In this document: positions 12,683 through 24,800 of the stretch, in pieces
Layout: every line of letters starts with the position of its first letter
Position numbering within the stretch: position 1 is the stretch's first letter
Program-made: the position numbers and the translations under genes
The notes under the pieces: generated by a model
The model's database searches: none
What the model was told of the DNA's origin: nothing
What the model saw: the letters and a program-made list of their open reading frames with translations, nothing else
NCBI RefSeq assembly: GCF_000281045.1
Contig: NW_008246070.1
Coordinates: 586,954-650,953, forward strand
Direction of reading: 5' to 3'
Source: Saprolegnia diclina VS20
Taxonomy: Eukaryota
Length of the DNA: 64,000 nt

Positions 12683-14113
12683 ATGGTCTTCCTAACGAAA
12701 GAAGACATCAAGATCTGCTACAGCCTCTTCTGCTGCGTCTATGGCATCGGCACGCTGGGCATGCCAGCCAACTATGCGCGCGCGGGCCCGGCGTGGGCGA
12801 CCGTCGCGCTCGTCTTCATGGCGATCGCCAACATTTACGCGTCCGTGTGCATGAGCAAGGTGCTTTTGCAAGCGCCGAAAAACGTCAAGACCTTTGGCGA
12901 CATGGGCGAGTGGTGCATGGGTAGCTTTGGCCGCTGGGCCGCCGTCATCTCGCACCTCCTCGTGTGCGTCATGATCCCCATGGTGTTCCTCGTCCTCGGT
13001 GGCATCCTCCTCTCGATCCTCTTCCCCAACTCGTACGGTCAAGACGTGTGGATCTGCCTCATGGGCCTCAGCCTCTTGCCCGTCTGTCTCATCCCAACGC
13101 TCAAAGAAGGCGCGGCCGCCGCAGCCGCCGGCGCTATCGGCACGCTCGCCGCCGATGGGATTGCGCTGTACCTACTCGTCGACAACTTGACGCCCAAGAC
13201 CGCGACCACGTTCTCGCCGGATGTCACGTTTGAAGGCGTCGCCTCTGTCTTTGGCAACCTCTCGCTCGCGTACGGTGCCGGCATTGTCATTCCGGCGCTC
13301 CAGCGTGAGCACACGGACCCGGCGCGCATGCCCCGGTGCATCATCGTGACGCTCTCGATCATCTCGGTGCTCTTCCTCGTCATCTCCGTCACGGGGTATG
13401 CCATGACGGGGTGCCAGATTCCTGGCAACCTCCTCTTCGCCATCGCGGGCACATCGCTCGGCTTCAACGCGTCGCGCGGCGGCATCGTCCTCGCCTTCCT
13501 CTTCATGCAGATGCACATTACGATCGCGTTTGGCATTATCTTCTTCCCTGCGTTCTTCACGGCCGAGCGCCTCGTCCTCGGTCTGCACAAGGAGTCGTTT
13601 GCGCTCAACGACCACGCGTTCAGCACGGTCGAGACACCGGAGCTGCAAAGCGACAAGAACCAGACGTCGGTGCGCGCGGCCATGATGAGCCAGCGCGACG
13701 AAGACCTCGCGCAGATCCAAGACGACTACAAGCGCAAGAACGCTTATGTGCGCGTCGCGGTTCTGCGCACGGTCATGGTGGTCCTTGCGGTGATTGCGTC
13801 CGTGCTTTTGAAGGACAGATTCATCGACCTCCAGAGCTTTGTTGGTGCGTCGTCGACGGCGCTCTGCTGCATGATTCTGCCGCTCGTCTTTTACGTCAAG
13901 ACGTTCCATACAACACTGCCGCTCTATGAGAAGATCTTTGCGATCCTTATCGCGCTCATCTCGAGCTTCCTTGCGATCTACGTCTCGATCGACACGGGCA
14001 AGCTGGTCTTCAACCCGAGCAGCGCGAGTGCCAACCCACCCGTGTTCCCCTACTGCGCGGCCGAGCACGCGTTCGTGGTCTACACCAACATGACGCACTA
14101 CAAGGGCAAATAA
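12683..14113 (+). CDS. Amino acid/auxin permease (AAAP) family transporter
   Basis: Intronless ORF with LFCCVYGIGTLGMP.N.ARAGP, LAYGAGIVIPALQREH and FMQMHITIAF, typical of oomycete AAAPs; about 11 TM segments. Confidence 0.92.
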   Translation: MVFLTKEDIKICYSLFCCVYGIGTLGMPANYARAGPAWATVALVFMAIANIYASVCMSKVLLQAPKNVKTFGDMGEWCMGSFGRWAAVISHLLVCVMIPMVFLVLGGILLSILFPNSYGQDVWICLMGLSLLPVCLIPTLKEGAAAAAAGAIGTLAADGIALYLLVDNLTPKTATTFSPDVTFEGVASVFGNLSLAYGAGIVIPALQREHTDPARMPRCIIVTLSIISVLFLVISVTGYAMTGCQIPGNLLFAIAGTSLGFNASRGGIVLAFLFMQMHITIAFGIIFFPAFFTAERLVLGLHKESFALNDHAFSTVETPELQSDKNQTSVRAAMMSQRDEDLAQIQDDYKRKNAYVRVAVLRTVMVVLAVIASVLLKDRFIDLQSFVGASSTALCCMILPLVFYVKTFHTTLPLYEKIFAILIALISSFLAIYVSIDTGKLVFNPSSASANPPVFPYCAAEHAFVVYTNMTHYKGK

Positions 14114-14377
14114 AACAATTTGATAATAAATACTGATATATATCAGCTAGCGATATGAACAATGGCCTAAGAGCCTAGCGTCAATGTTCTCTCGGAGACA
14201 GACACGAGCGGTCGGTCACGGCGGCCGCCTTTGCACCGTCGTTGATAGAACGCATTATTATAGCGGAGTCGACCTCTTGCAGGCTCAACAAGAAGCACCG
14301 CTGTGAGGACCATCGTGGAAGAAGGAGAGATTCTTTATAAACATATTGCATGTCTACGATAGCATTTCGGTAGCCCA

Positions 14378-17352
14378 CTAGAGAATTTCAGAGGCGGTCG
14401 CAAACGCATCATAGTCTTCAAAGCCGAGGACCGAGTCGGCAAAGGTCGCCGACGTGAACGCCGTCATCGCGTCCCAGTGCTCGGCGTCGTCGCCAACCAG
14501 TGCGCTCAAGCACGCGCTGAGCTCGTCCTCAGTCATTTTTTCGCCCTACGTATTCTCATGAACCTTTGAAGAGAAACAAAGCGGCTACGAGCGTCAGCAG
14601 CTTCTGCTTGAGGTCGGGCCACTTGAGACTATGGCTGCGCTTTTGGCCAATAATGGTCGCAAACGCCGCCTCAATGTGCGCCTTGCCAATGCCAAAGACG
14701 GGGCGGTGGTTGATATACAGCTTGACAAAGTCCACTAGTCCGATCGCGTCGACGGTCTTGGTCGTCTCGGTGAAGCGCGAGTACTTGACTTCGCTGCACA
14801 TGTTTTGGATCTCGAGCTCGGTCGGGTAGTACCCGAGCGCGCGCATGACGTGCGGAATCTCGGCCAGTGGAATCTCCTGCGTAATGTTGCGCGCGGCGGT
14901 CGATGCTTCGCCCTGCGTGCGCAGCTGGGCAAAGTAAAAGTAGTCGACAATCTCATTGTAAAATGGGCCCCGCAAGCCGCCTTCGAGGAGCGACCCGTAC
15001 GGCTCGACGCCGAGGCCGGCGGCGGCTTCCATCGCATCGAGCGCCGACGGTGTCACTTCCCACATGTTGAGGATCAAGTCTTTTCCGCCCGCCGTGATGA
15101 AATACCGGCCGTCGCAGGTCACGGCGACGTTCGAGATGTGCCCGGCGTGCGCAATGAGCCCCATCGACTTGTGCGGGTTGCCGTCGAGCGGCAGTTTGAT
15201 CAAGCCCACGACCTACAAAAGACGCAATAAGAATACGAATTCGAGGACAACGTGTGCACCTTGTCGTGGGTGCTATACGCGCAGTAGCGCTCGGTCTTGG
15301 TCTTTTCGAGTGGGATCGGGAGAATGCGGTTGAGCGGGCCGCCGTACGTCGGGTTGAGCGTCGTCCGGCGGCACGTCTTGTTGTTAGCGTTCCAGCCCTT
15401 GAACTTGTACTCGTCGTTCGCAATCACAATCAGATCTTCGTGGACGCCCGGCATGTCCGGGTGCCAAAAGCACGCGGTGGGTACAGCCGACTGCTCGATC
15501 TTTTGCGGCGGCGCAGTGAGTACGATGCCGTCTAGGACGCTCGAGCGCGAGAGGCTGTACTCGACGAGCATGCGGTCTTCGCCGATCGTGACGAGCAGCG
15601 CTTGCTGATCCGAGAGGCCAAACTCGAGACCCGTGATGGGCTTGGCGTGCGACCGGCACCGGCCAATGTACATCCACTGGTCGGCCGGGTCGATCGCATG
15701 GTGGAGCTCCTCCGCTTCCATTGCCTTGTTGCGCCAGAGAAGCACGTAATTGTCGGCGTCAACGGCGGCAATGAACGAACTGTCGGGAGCGACTTTGATG
15801 TCGAGGATCGCACTCTGCCGCGCACTTGGGTTTAGGAATATATACAACAAAAAGGGACTACCTTGGAGTGCCGCAGCATGTGCAAGTCGGCGAGTGTGCT
15901 CACATGCAGGAGCTTGATTGCGCCGTTGGCAAAGCCCACGAGAATGTATCGGCCAAGCGGGTCGTACGACAGCGTCTGCGGTCGAAACTTGTCTTCGTCA
16001 AAATGGCGCACCATGAGCAGCCGCTTCGAGACGCAGTCCCAGAGCTGCAAGACGCCCGACGCGCAGCTGATAGCGACTTGGGTCGCGCTCGGGTGCGTCG
16101 CCAGGCCGCGGATCTCGGCCGCAATCCCCTGCATGAGCAGCGTGCCCCGGCGCTTCTCAACATCAAACTCTTCGTGGATCGACGGCGTGATGCCGAGAAT
16201 AAAGGCATCTACCAAATGTAATCGCCAAAAATGAAGAAAAAAACACAAAATTCGCACGTGACGTGGCGACGATGAACTCGGGCACGCGGAACGCATCGGC
16301 CGCCGTCGGATCCGTCGTAGTCTCGGTATTGGCAAACGAGACGGACGTGACGGGCCCCGCAGAGAGGTCTTCAAACCACGCGACGAGGCGGAAGTCAAAG
16401 TCATAGAAGCGGACGGCACCGTCAGCCGCACCCACAACGAGGTACCCGTCCATGTCGGTCAGATACCGAATCGCGACGGGCTTGTGGGCATCGAGCCCCG
16501 TCATGCGCACGATCTTGACCGCCTTCTTGTCTGCGTGCACGAGGACGTCGCCGGATTTCACGAGCGACGAGTCCCACAGAATGAGATCGCCGTCTTCGGT
16601 GGCCGTGATGGCTTGGGACGAGTCGGGCACGAAGATCGACTGCGTGAACGCGCCAATCGCTTGCTTAAAGTCCTTTTGCGATAAAGGCGGCGAGTAAAAC
16701 TGGAGCTGGTGGTGCACCCAATTCCAAAAGATGACGCGCTGCGCGCCATTGGTCACGATCTCGCGGATGTCGTACGTGTTGAAGCGCACGCACGTCTGAA
16801 CGTCTTCGGTCGCGACGGCTAATCACACTTTGCAGTGGCGACGACAGATCATACCACGAGGCATGGATTACCTGCCGTGTAGAGTGCGTCGTCGCGGGCG
16901 ACTGTCCACTCCCAGAGCTTGATCTCCTGCGCACTTGCGGCGTCCGGCTCGTCGCTTTTGGACGACGGCACGGAGAGCGTCACGAGAAACATCGCGTCCG
17001 GTGATATGTCGACGCACTGCACGCCATGCGCATGGGGCGAAAAGAGCGTTTTGATCGGGTTGCCTGTCGTGGCGTCCCAGACGACGAGCATCGAGTCGGA
17101 CCCGCGGTCGGCAGTGACGATCCAGCGCTTGTCTTCGCTCACAGCGCAGCACGAGATCGGGTTGCAATGGCCCTGTAAAATGCGCTGCGTCCGGTGCGCG
17201 TAGTTGTAGATGATGCCCATGTGGCCGGACGTGTAGAAGATTGCGTGCACAGCATCGTCCGAGAGGCTGTGGACGCCGCCGACAATGTCCTTGTTGAAGC
17301 CAAACGACCACGAGAGGCTGAGTGCATTCGCCGCAACTGGGATCGCCTCCAT
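14378..17352 (-). CDS. CFAP251: Cilia/flagella-associated protein 251 (WDR66), WD40 repeats plus EF-hand-like C-terminus (multi-exon)
   Basis: LSWSFGFNKD, LQGHCNPISCCAVSEDKRWIVTAD, LPLDGNPHK..GLIAH, YFAQLRTQG, VMRALGYYPT, KLYINHRPVFG and a terminal LGEKMT..EL exon match WDR66/CFAP251 as recalled. Confidence 0.85.
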
Positions 17353-17458
17353 GACGCCTCTTCAAGATACGAATGCGACCAACCGATGACGTTTCTTCTT
17401 GATATGGGAATGCAGGCTGGACTTTTTTTAAAGTTTTGGATTGCCTGCATGCACATAG

Positions 17459-18187
17459 CTACTCGGGCACAGAAGAAGGGTAGTAGGTGCGTCCCCAGAC
17501 GCGGCGCCGCACGACCGACGTCGCCTCTGGCATCGCGGTCCAAGGACCTGCAAATGAAGCAGCGTAATGCCACCCGCTGTCACGCGATCGATCGCGCGGG
17601 CGCCACCCGTCGCCACTGCGCCATCCGCTGGGGATGCTACTGGAAGTGGCCTCGTCCAAGCTGTTGCCACACACGTAGCCGTCCATGGACTCGAACGGAT
17701 AGCCGTCACCGGTCGCCAGGCATTGGGCGTGCCACCGCCCGTGAGAGCCCAATCGCTGCTTTTCCCAGAGCTCGAGAACGATGGTTGGGGCCGGGAGCCA
17801 TGCGAGGTCCAGCCACACGTACGCTTTTGCATGTGGCACCTTGAGGTGCGACGCGAGCCGATACGGCACGTTGACCTCGTCCTCGACGCTATCGAGCGCG
17901 ATCGAGGTCGAGACAAGCAGCTTGTCGGCGTTGAGGTAGTCGTACACGGCGACGCGGAGGCGCGCTTTCTGCTTGACCTCGGCGCAAAGGCGAAAGTCAA
18001 AGCTCGCATGCCACGCGGGGTTGAGCGTCCGGGGCACGACGGCGCTGATTTGCTCTTGGTCATCGAGCTCGAGCACGACGTACGGGTCCCGCTGGCCGCC
18101 GCAGTAGCGCGGGCCGCGCGCACGCTCGTCGTCGCAGAGGCCCGGGATGTTGGAGACGCGGTGCAGCTGCACTCGAAGCGTCGGCAT
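17459..18187 (-). CDS. C2 domain plus DysF domain protein, copy 3 (divergent)
   Basis: RDPYVV, TLNPAW, VYDY; then LELWEKQR, DSGWHYA.SF.GPW, VRRRVW.R. Confidence 0.75.
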   Translation of the reverse strand: MPTLRVQLHRVSNIPGLCDDERARGPRYCGGQRDPYVVLELDDQEQISAVVPRTLNPAWHASFDFRLCAEVKQKARLRVAVYDYLNADKLLVSTSIALDSVEDEVNVPYRLASHLKVPHAKAYVWLDLAWLPAPTIVLELWEKQRLGSHGRWHAQCLATGDGYPFESMDGYVCGNSLDEATSSSIPSGWRSGDGWRPRDRSRDSGWHYAASFAGPWTAMPEATSVVRRRVWGRTYYPSSVPE

Positions 18188-18852
18188 GGCTTGTCCTGCT
18201 CGACGCTCGCGACACGGCGTTGTCGGTTCCAACCAGTGCAAACGGTTTCGTTCGCAATCCGTTCTCGCCATCTTCTACGCGACAGCGCAAAAACGCGGAA
18301 ACAGCCATCGCATACACCAGCGGAATTCGCTAACGACTTCGTCGCCTTCCGCCCACCCCGCAGGCGTGGAGGAGAACGCCGGCCACAAAGAGAAATAAGG
18401 CGGGACGAGACCAGGTGCCTGTCCCACCATATAACGTTATATGTATTCAGCGACGAACGCACGCTGGCAAGAGATCATCGTACCAGTACCGCTTCTTGGT
18501 TGTCATAAGATCTTGGATGTTGCTGGAACACGCCCGTGTCAGTTTGCGCTTCCGGTGCACCACGGGGATGCTATCGGCTAGGCAAACCCGGGAACGGTAT
18601 ATTATAGTGGCGGGATTTGCTATTGGCTAATACAAACGTGCAGATATTTAAATACAGATATATCGGCTAGGAAAACCCGTGCATGGCATTGAATAAAATA
18701 TGAATGCACATTGCCATAGCGCGGATACAAACGTGTAGATGATAAAATCCAAATCCAAACAGCTGATGTATGTTCTTGTGTTCTTGGGGGGTCCCCCTCC
18801 GGGTTACACACTTGCATCCTTGCGCATCGCGGTGCTGGACCAAGCGACCGCG

Positions 18853-21472
18853 ATGGAGTCGCCGTCCGCCATGGACACTTGCATCTCGCCGTTGACGGAG
18901 TACGCCAAGATGGACAGCGACCTGCATATCTTTAGCCTCTCGCAGCTGCAGGACGTGCATGTGCACAGCCTCTCGGACCTCCTGGCAGCGACGACGTGCG
19001 AGGCGCCCACGAAGCGCCACCAACCGGCAGCGCGCTGCGCCATGTGCAGCAGCGTCGTCGAGAACTGGGACGCGCGCGTCTTGTGGCTCACGCTCTACAC
19101 GGTGCTGAGCTTGCTCGCTGTATCGTTCGCCGTGCCCGCCTGCATGGATGCCACGTCGTACCCGCTGGGCACGCACCTCGAGTGCATGGCGCCGTCGCCC
19201 GATCTCGGTCACTCGAAGCGGCAGTCGTACTTTGACATGGTCAGCATCATGCTCATCACGGGCAACGTCGTCGTGCTCATTAGCGTCTCGCTCTACCTCG
19301 GGCTTCAATGCACGTGGAGCAAGAAGAAGATCGTGGCCAACCCCAACCACGCCAACCTCAGTACGCTCTCATCTCGCGTCCAACGATCTCATATGCCTCT
19401 ATGTAGCCAATAGCTTTGTCTTGCCGTGCTACGCTCTCGTGTGGTACATTTTCGTGGGGCTCGGTGTGAGCTTCGTCGTCGGCGTCACCTTCTCCGTCTC
19501 GACCGCGCTTTGGGTCCATCCCGGCTTTGACGCGATCTACTGCTTTCTCTTCCACTTTCCCATCACCTGGTATCGACCTCTGCCACGCCACATCTCAATG
19601 CGTCTCGAATAGGATCCGGCAGCTCCTTCCAGTGCTCATGGTGCAAAAATCGATTTCGAAAGCGGCCATTCTACGCTCGGTCGGGCTCTCGGGCGCGAGT
19701 ACGTGCTTGTGTACGAGGCGACGTCTGAAGCGCGACTAGTGAGCATCGTCTTTATGAGCTTCATCTTCATCGACAAGGCATCGGATGGCGTCCCGATCTT
19801 CTTCCTTGCGTTCCACTTTGTCTCGCTCCTCTATTACGCGTGGACCAAGTACGTGTGCTTTGCACGGACATCGTTTGACGTCGTGTACGTGCTCTTGGCG
19901 CTAACGTCCGTGCTCTACATGCTGTACGTCGTCTCGTACCTCAGACAATATTGTCTTATGTCCTGTAGACCCCCTGTCGTGCTACTCTTGGACCACCAAA
20001 TGCACCCGTCCGTCTATAGCCGCGTCACTGTCGTTGGCAACGTTGTGGACGCGTTTACGATTCTCTCGATTCTCCTCAGTCTGCGCGTGCGAGTTGACGT
20101 GTTTGTATGTTTGATCGTGACGCGCCTGCGTAGGCCGACACCAAATACTGGCTGGGCCTCGACGACAACTCGATCCAGACCAACGATCCGGCCAAGCTGT
20201 ACCTCCGACTGGTCGCTCCACACACTTGCTTGCATCATATCGAGCGTATCCGTAGATTGCAGAGAGAGGCATGGTCTCTTCCTTCTCGACGCGCACGTCT
20301 GTCTACGACGTCCACTACATGATCGAAGAGTTCAAGGACGTACGACATTTGACGTCGCTCCTCAGCGTTTAATGAGCTTTGGGTAGAGTATGATCGATTA
20401 TTCGTGCCTCCACCTCGACGCCGTCATCGCCCAAGGCGCAACCGCCGTCGTCCTCCGTGGCTCAATGCACAAGCATCTGCTACGGCGCAACGCCCCGGTC
20501 GCCATCAAGATGTACACGTCGCTCTTCGTCACGGACGACGACGTGCGCCGCTTCTCCAAGGAGACGTCGCTAAATATTGGCCTCTCGCACCCCAACATTG
20601 TGCGGTTTTACGGGTACCGCGTCCTCTTGTATTTTGTTGTCGTTGAGTTGTAAGAAACAATAGGCTCTGCGTCGTACCGCCGGCCATCTGCTTGGTGTTC
20701 GAGTACTGCGAATGGGGGTCGCTCGAACTCGTCTTGCTCGCGCAAAACCGCTCGACGACCGAGTGGGACCTCCCCACAAAACTCAAAGCGTGTTTGGACG
20801 CATGTCGCGCGGTCGCATACCTCCACAGCTTTAGTCCACCGCTGCTGCACCGGTAGCTCCATCCTTCACTCTGAAGGTAGCGATCGAAGCGTGGCGTAGG
20901 GACATCAAGACAGCCAACTTTCTCCTAGCCTCGGACGCGATGCTCAAGCTCAGCGACTTTGGCGAGAGCAACCTCATGCGGCCCAAGAACGACGGCACGA
21001 TGACGGTCGTCGGTAGCGTCGATTTCATGGTACTGCATTCTCGTACATTGCGATCTCAAAACTCAGATCTGGATCGTAGGCGCCTGAAATGATCTCGGGG
21101 GGCCGGCCGGCATCAGCCGTGTATGGCACAGCGGCCGACGTGTACAGCTTGACGATGACGCTCTGGCACATTCTGGCGCCGGGTCGCAATCCGTGGAAAG
21201 GCCGATCGCACTTTGAAGTGTATACGAAAACCATTCAAGGCGAGCGCCCACCGATACCCGAGACGCTTCCGAATGATTGCCACGAGCTGCTCGAGCGCGG
21301 CTGGGCACCAGACGCCGACGAGCGCTGGCACGTCGATGAGATGGAACAACTCGTGCTCGGGATGCTCAAGGGTGGCGTCTCGCGCGTGCGGCTGGAGGCG
21401 CCGACCGCATCGTCCTCCGTGTCGACGACCTCGGCAAGCTACGTGGCCTTGGCCCATTCGACCAGCATTTAA
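18853..21472 (+). CDS. Multi-pass membrane (GPCR-like) TKL protein kinase, paralog A (multi-exon)
   Basis: About 8 hydrophobic segments, then a kinase domain: AQGATAVV, VAIK, HPNIV, LHR|DIKTANFL, DFG, GSVDFM|APE, DVYSL. Confidence 0.88.
20498..21226 (+). repeat. Inverted repeat arm 1 (729 bp, kinase core of paralog A)
   Basis: Reverse complement of 26003-26731, same length, about 10 mismatches counted by eye, spanning three introns. Confidence 0.93.
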
Positions 21473-21805
21473 AATATCCTATTTATTGACATTTTTGCTC
21501 TATGGTGCTGCGATGCCAGGCAACAACTGCACCATCGTGGAAAGTATCAAGTTGATAAAACACGTCTGCATGAAGCATGGAAGGTGCGGCTGATCCACAA
21601 ACTCGCTTCTTGCACGGATCTGGATTAGTTGAAACAACCTGTCTTTTTGGCCAATCCCACGCGCGTGTAACGCTTTCGTTGGAATTACTCGACTTGGATT
21701 GGATAAAACGCTGTTGACGGAATGACGGTCGCCAGACTTTTCAGCCAATCCAAGAACACCACTTGCTCCGACCCACGCTGCAACCTCAGTAGCACGCGGT
21801 CGAGC

Positions 21806-24800
21806 ATGTCGTCAGGCGACGTAAGCGGCTTGTCGCCGCGTCGGCGCTCAACCTCTTCATGCGTAGGAGTTCGACGACCACTACGCCACGCAGCGCCGGC
21901 GACAGGCGAGCGCTGCACCCGCCAAGGCAGCGGCCGCCACCGAGACCGCCGTCCCGTGGGTCGACGATGCCGAGGCGCCGGCCTGCCACGTGTGCGAGAC
22001 GCCCTTCTCGCTCGTGAAGCGCCGCCACCACTGCCGCACATGCGGCAACGTCATTTGCTCGTCGTGCTCGGTGTTTGTACCCACGGCGAAGAAGCCACAG
22101 CGCGTCTGCATCACATGCGTCGAAGGCGTCCAACCCCAAAGAAAGGCAGCCGCACCATCCCAACTGCCAGCAGCGGCAAAGAAGGAGCCTCGTACTACGA
22201 ACCGAGCCCAAGCAGACGTCGTCGCGCCATCCACACGGCCACCGCCTCCGGTTCCGGATGCACATTCGTCGCACCGGTTGCAAGAGAGCATCGATAACTG
22301 GTTCCTCGATGAGAACGAACCCGTGAGCCCGATGGCATCGATGCCAGTGCCCGAGAAAGCGCGTCGCACCTCGGCTCCATCCTCCAGCGCGTGGGCGTCG
22401 GTCGGCCCAGCGACGTCCAAGGCCAAGCCACAGAGCAATCTTCGCTTCGCCGACGTTGTGTTTGACGACCGGCCGTTGTACGATGACGACGTCGACGACT
22501 CGCGGTCGCTCTCTCGGTTCCCGCTGCCCAAGACCCAGCCGCATTACGACAACCGGCAAGCCGATCGCCACGTGCATCGCGCAAGTGTGCCGTCTTTAGT
22601 CCAGCCCCCGTCGCCTTCGCCGCAGCGGTCGAGTGTTGCAGTCGTCGTACCACCGCGCGCCCACGAGCCAGCGCCAAGGGCCATGGCCGCGCCAGCGCCC
22701 GTGAGCCCACCGTTGGCCCCATCGACGGCGCCAGAGAAGAAAAAACATGGGTTTCGAGCCACCATGAAGCGGCTCTTTGGTGGCAAAGAGGCGTCCGAGG
22801 GTAGTGCGCCGCCGCCACTGACGACCGTACCACTGCCGTCGACACGGGCGTCAGTCTCGGTCTCAGTCTCGGTCTCGGCCGCCTCGAGCACAAGTACGTC
22901 GGATGCTCTCAGTGCGAGCAAGGTGTCGTTGGACGCCTCCGAAAAGGTGTCAAGCCGCAGCAACGACGAAGCGTCGCAGTCGCACGCCTCGAGCGCGTAT
23001 GCCAATCCCTCGATGCTCTCATTGCGTCCGTCGACGTCGTCGTCATCACTTGTTTCGAAAGAAGCGTCGGCGCCGGTGACGCGTCCTCGTCGCGACACGT
23101 TCGAGGACATGTTTGAAGGACCGCGGCACGTGCAGCCTCTCCGAGACCTCCAGACGCGCGCCTTTGATATTCCGTCGACCGAGAAGCCGACAACGCGTGA
23201 GACACGCCGGGGGACGTTGGAAGATGTTGCGTTTGGGTCACCGCCGACAACGTCCGCCTCGTCCTTGTACGGCGCGTATGCCTCGGTGCCAGGCGCGTCA
23301 CGCTACGGACACGATCGGTTTGCGCTGCCCGAGCGCTCCAACCGATATGCGCATGCCGAGCCGCAAAGGACAACCGCGGTGGACTTTGATTTGGACGATG
23401 ACGACGATACGAAGCGGCACCAAGCCGAGTTTGACCCGGTCTCGGGCACGTACATTGTGCCACAAAAGGCGCTGGTCGTGCGGCAGCCAACATCTGAGGT
23501 GTCGCGCCAGCCCACGGCGGTGGGAGGACCGGCCATGTCCGAGACGACGGGTATCGCCATTGTCAACAAGCTCTCGTCGCTCGAGCACGAGCTGGCCGAG
23601 CTCAAGAGCTTGCTTGCCGCGCGCAAGTCGCACCGCCGGTCGAACGCCGCCAGCATCTTTGAGCAAGAGAGTGAAAGCGATCCTGATGCGGCGGTGTCAC
23701 CACCTATTGTCAAGAAGAAGAAGTCGAAACGAGAGCCCCGAGCGCCGCGGAAGGACTCGTTTGGGGACCTCTTTGAGGACGACGAGGCTTCTGGCAAGCA
23801 GCAGTACGAGTCGCTCTTTGCCATCCAAGGACGCCGCGACCTTAAAGAAGACAAGGACAACGAGGACGATGACGAGGAAGGCGACGCCCCTGTCTCGCGC
23901 TGGCCTGGGCGCCACAAGCCCCGACGAGGCCGGTCGCCCGTGCCCCAAGTGGCTACGAAGAAGGCATCGAACCGGCGGTTCACGATGGACGACAGTGACT
24001 CGGCTTCGTCCCCGCCGCGCAAGCCAAAGCGCAAGGACTCGTTTGACGGTCTCTTCACAGAGGCGTCGCCGTACAAGGAGGAACTCTTCGGTGACAACGT
24101 CGCGTCAAGCGATGACGACGAGCGCGTCGAAAATCGCACCACAAGCAAGCGACTGCAGCATATTTACGGCTCGGACGGCGACGTGCCGATGGCGACGGAG
24201 GACGACGCGGCGCTGCCGAGTCTCAAGCGCAAAATCAAAGCGCCCGCAACGGCGCTGATCGAGGCGAAGGCTTCGACGCCCGTGCAGCCAGCTCAAGTTA
24301 CCAAGCCTGTCGCCAAGCCCCGCATGCGCAAGGACTCGATCGACAACCTCTTCCAGGACGACGCTCGAAAGTTCGATCAGCTCTTTGTGGACAAGCCGCG
24401 ACCGGGGACGGTGACCAAGAACCTCTTTGACGGCTCAAGTGACGAGGATGACGTGGCAGCACCGCTGGCTGCGCCACAACCGCTGACATTTGATTCTATT
24501 CCAAGCAACGTAGACAACGACGACGATGAAGACGACCTTCCGAGTTTGCGGGCGGCAAAACGCCCTGCCCCAACGCCAACTTTGGCACCTGCCGTCGCAG
24601 TCGCTGAAAGCCACTTCTCGGACGAAGAGGAGTTGCCGAGCTTGCGGTCGCGTCCGTCGACAGTACCCGCTTCAACGACGTTGCCCGATCCCGCACCGGT
24701 TCCGTTACTTGACCTGGCGGCGCAGACCCAACGCCTGACAGATGGATCGCTCCCGATTACAAGTGACGTGACTTTGGGTATGCTCGACATGGTGACAGAT

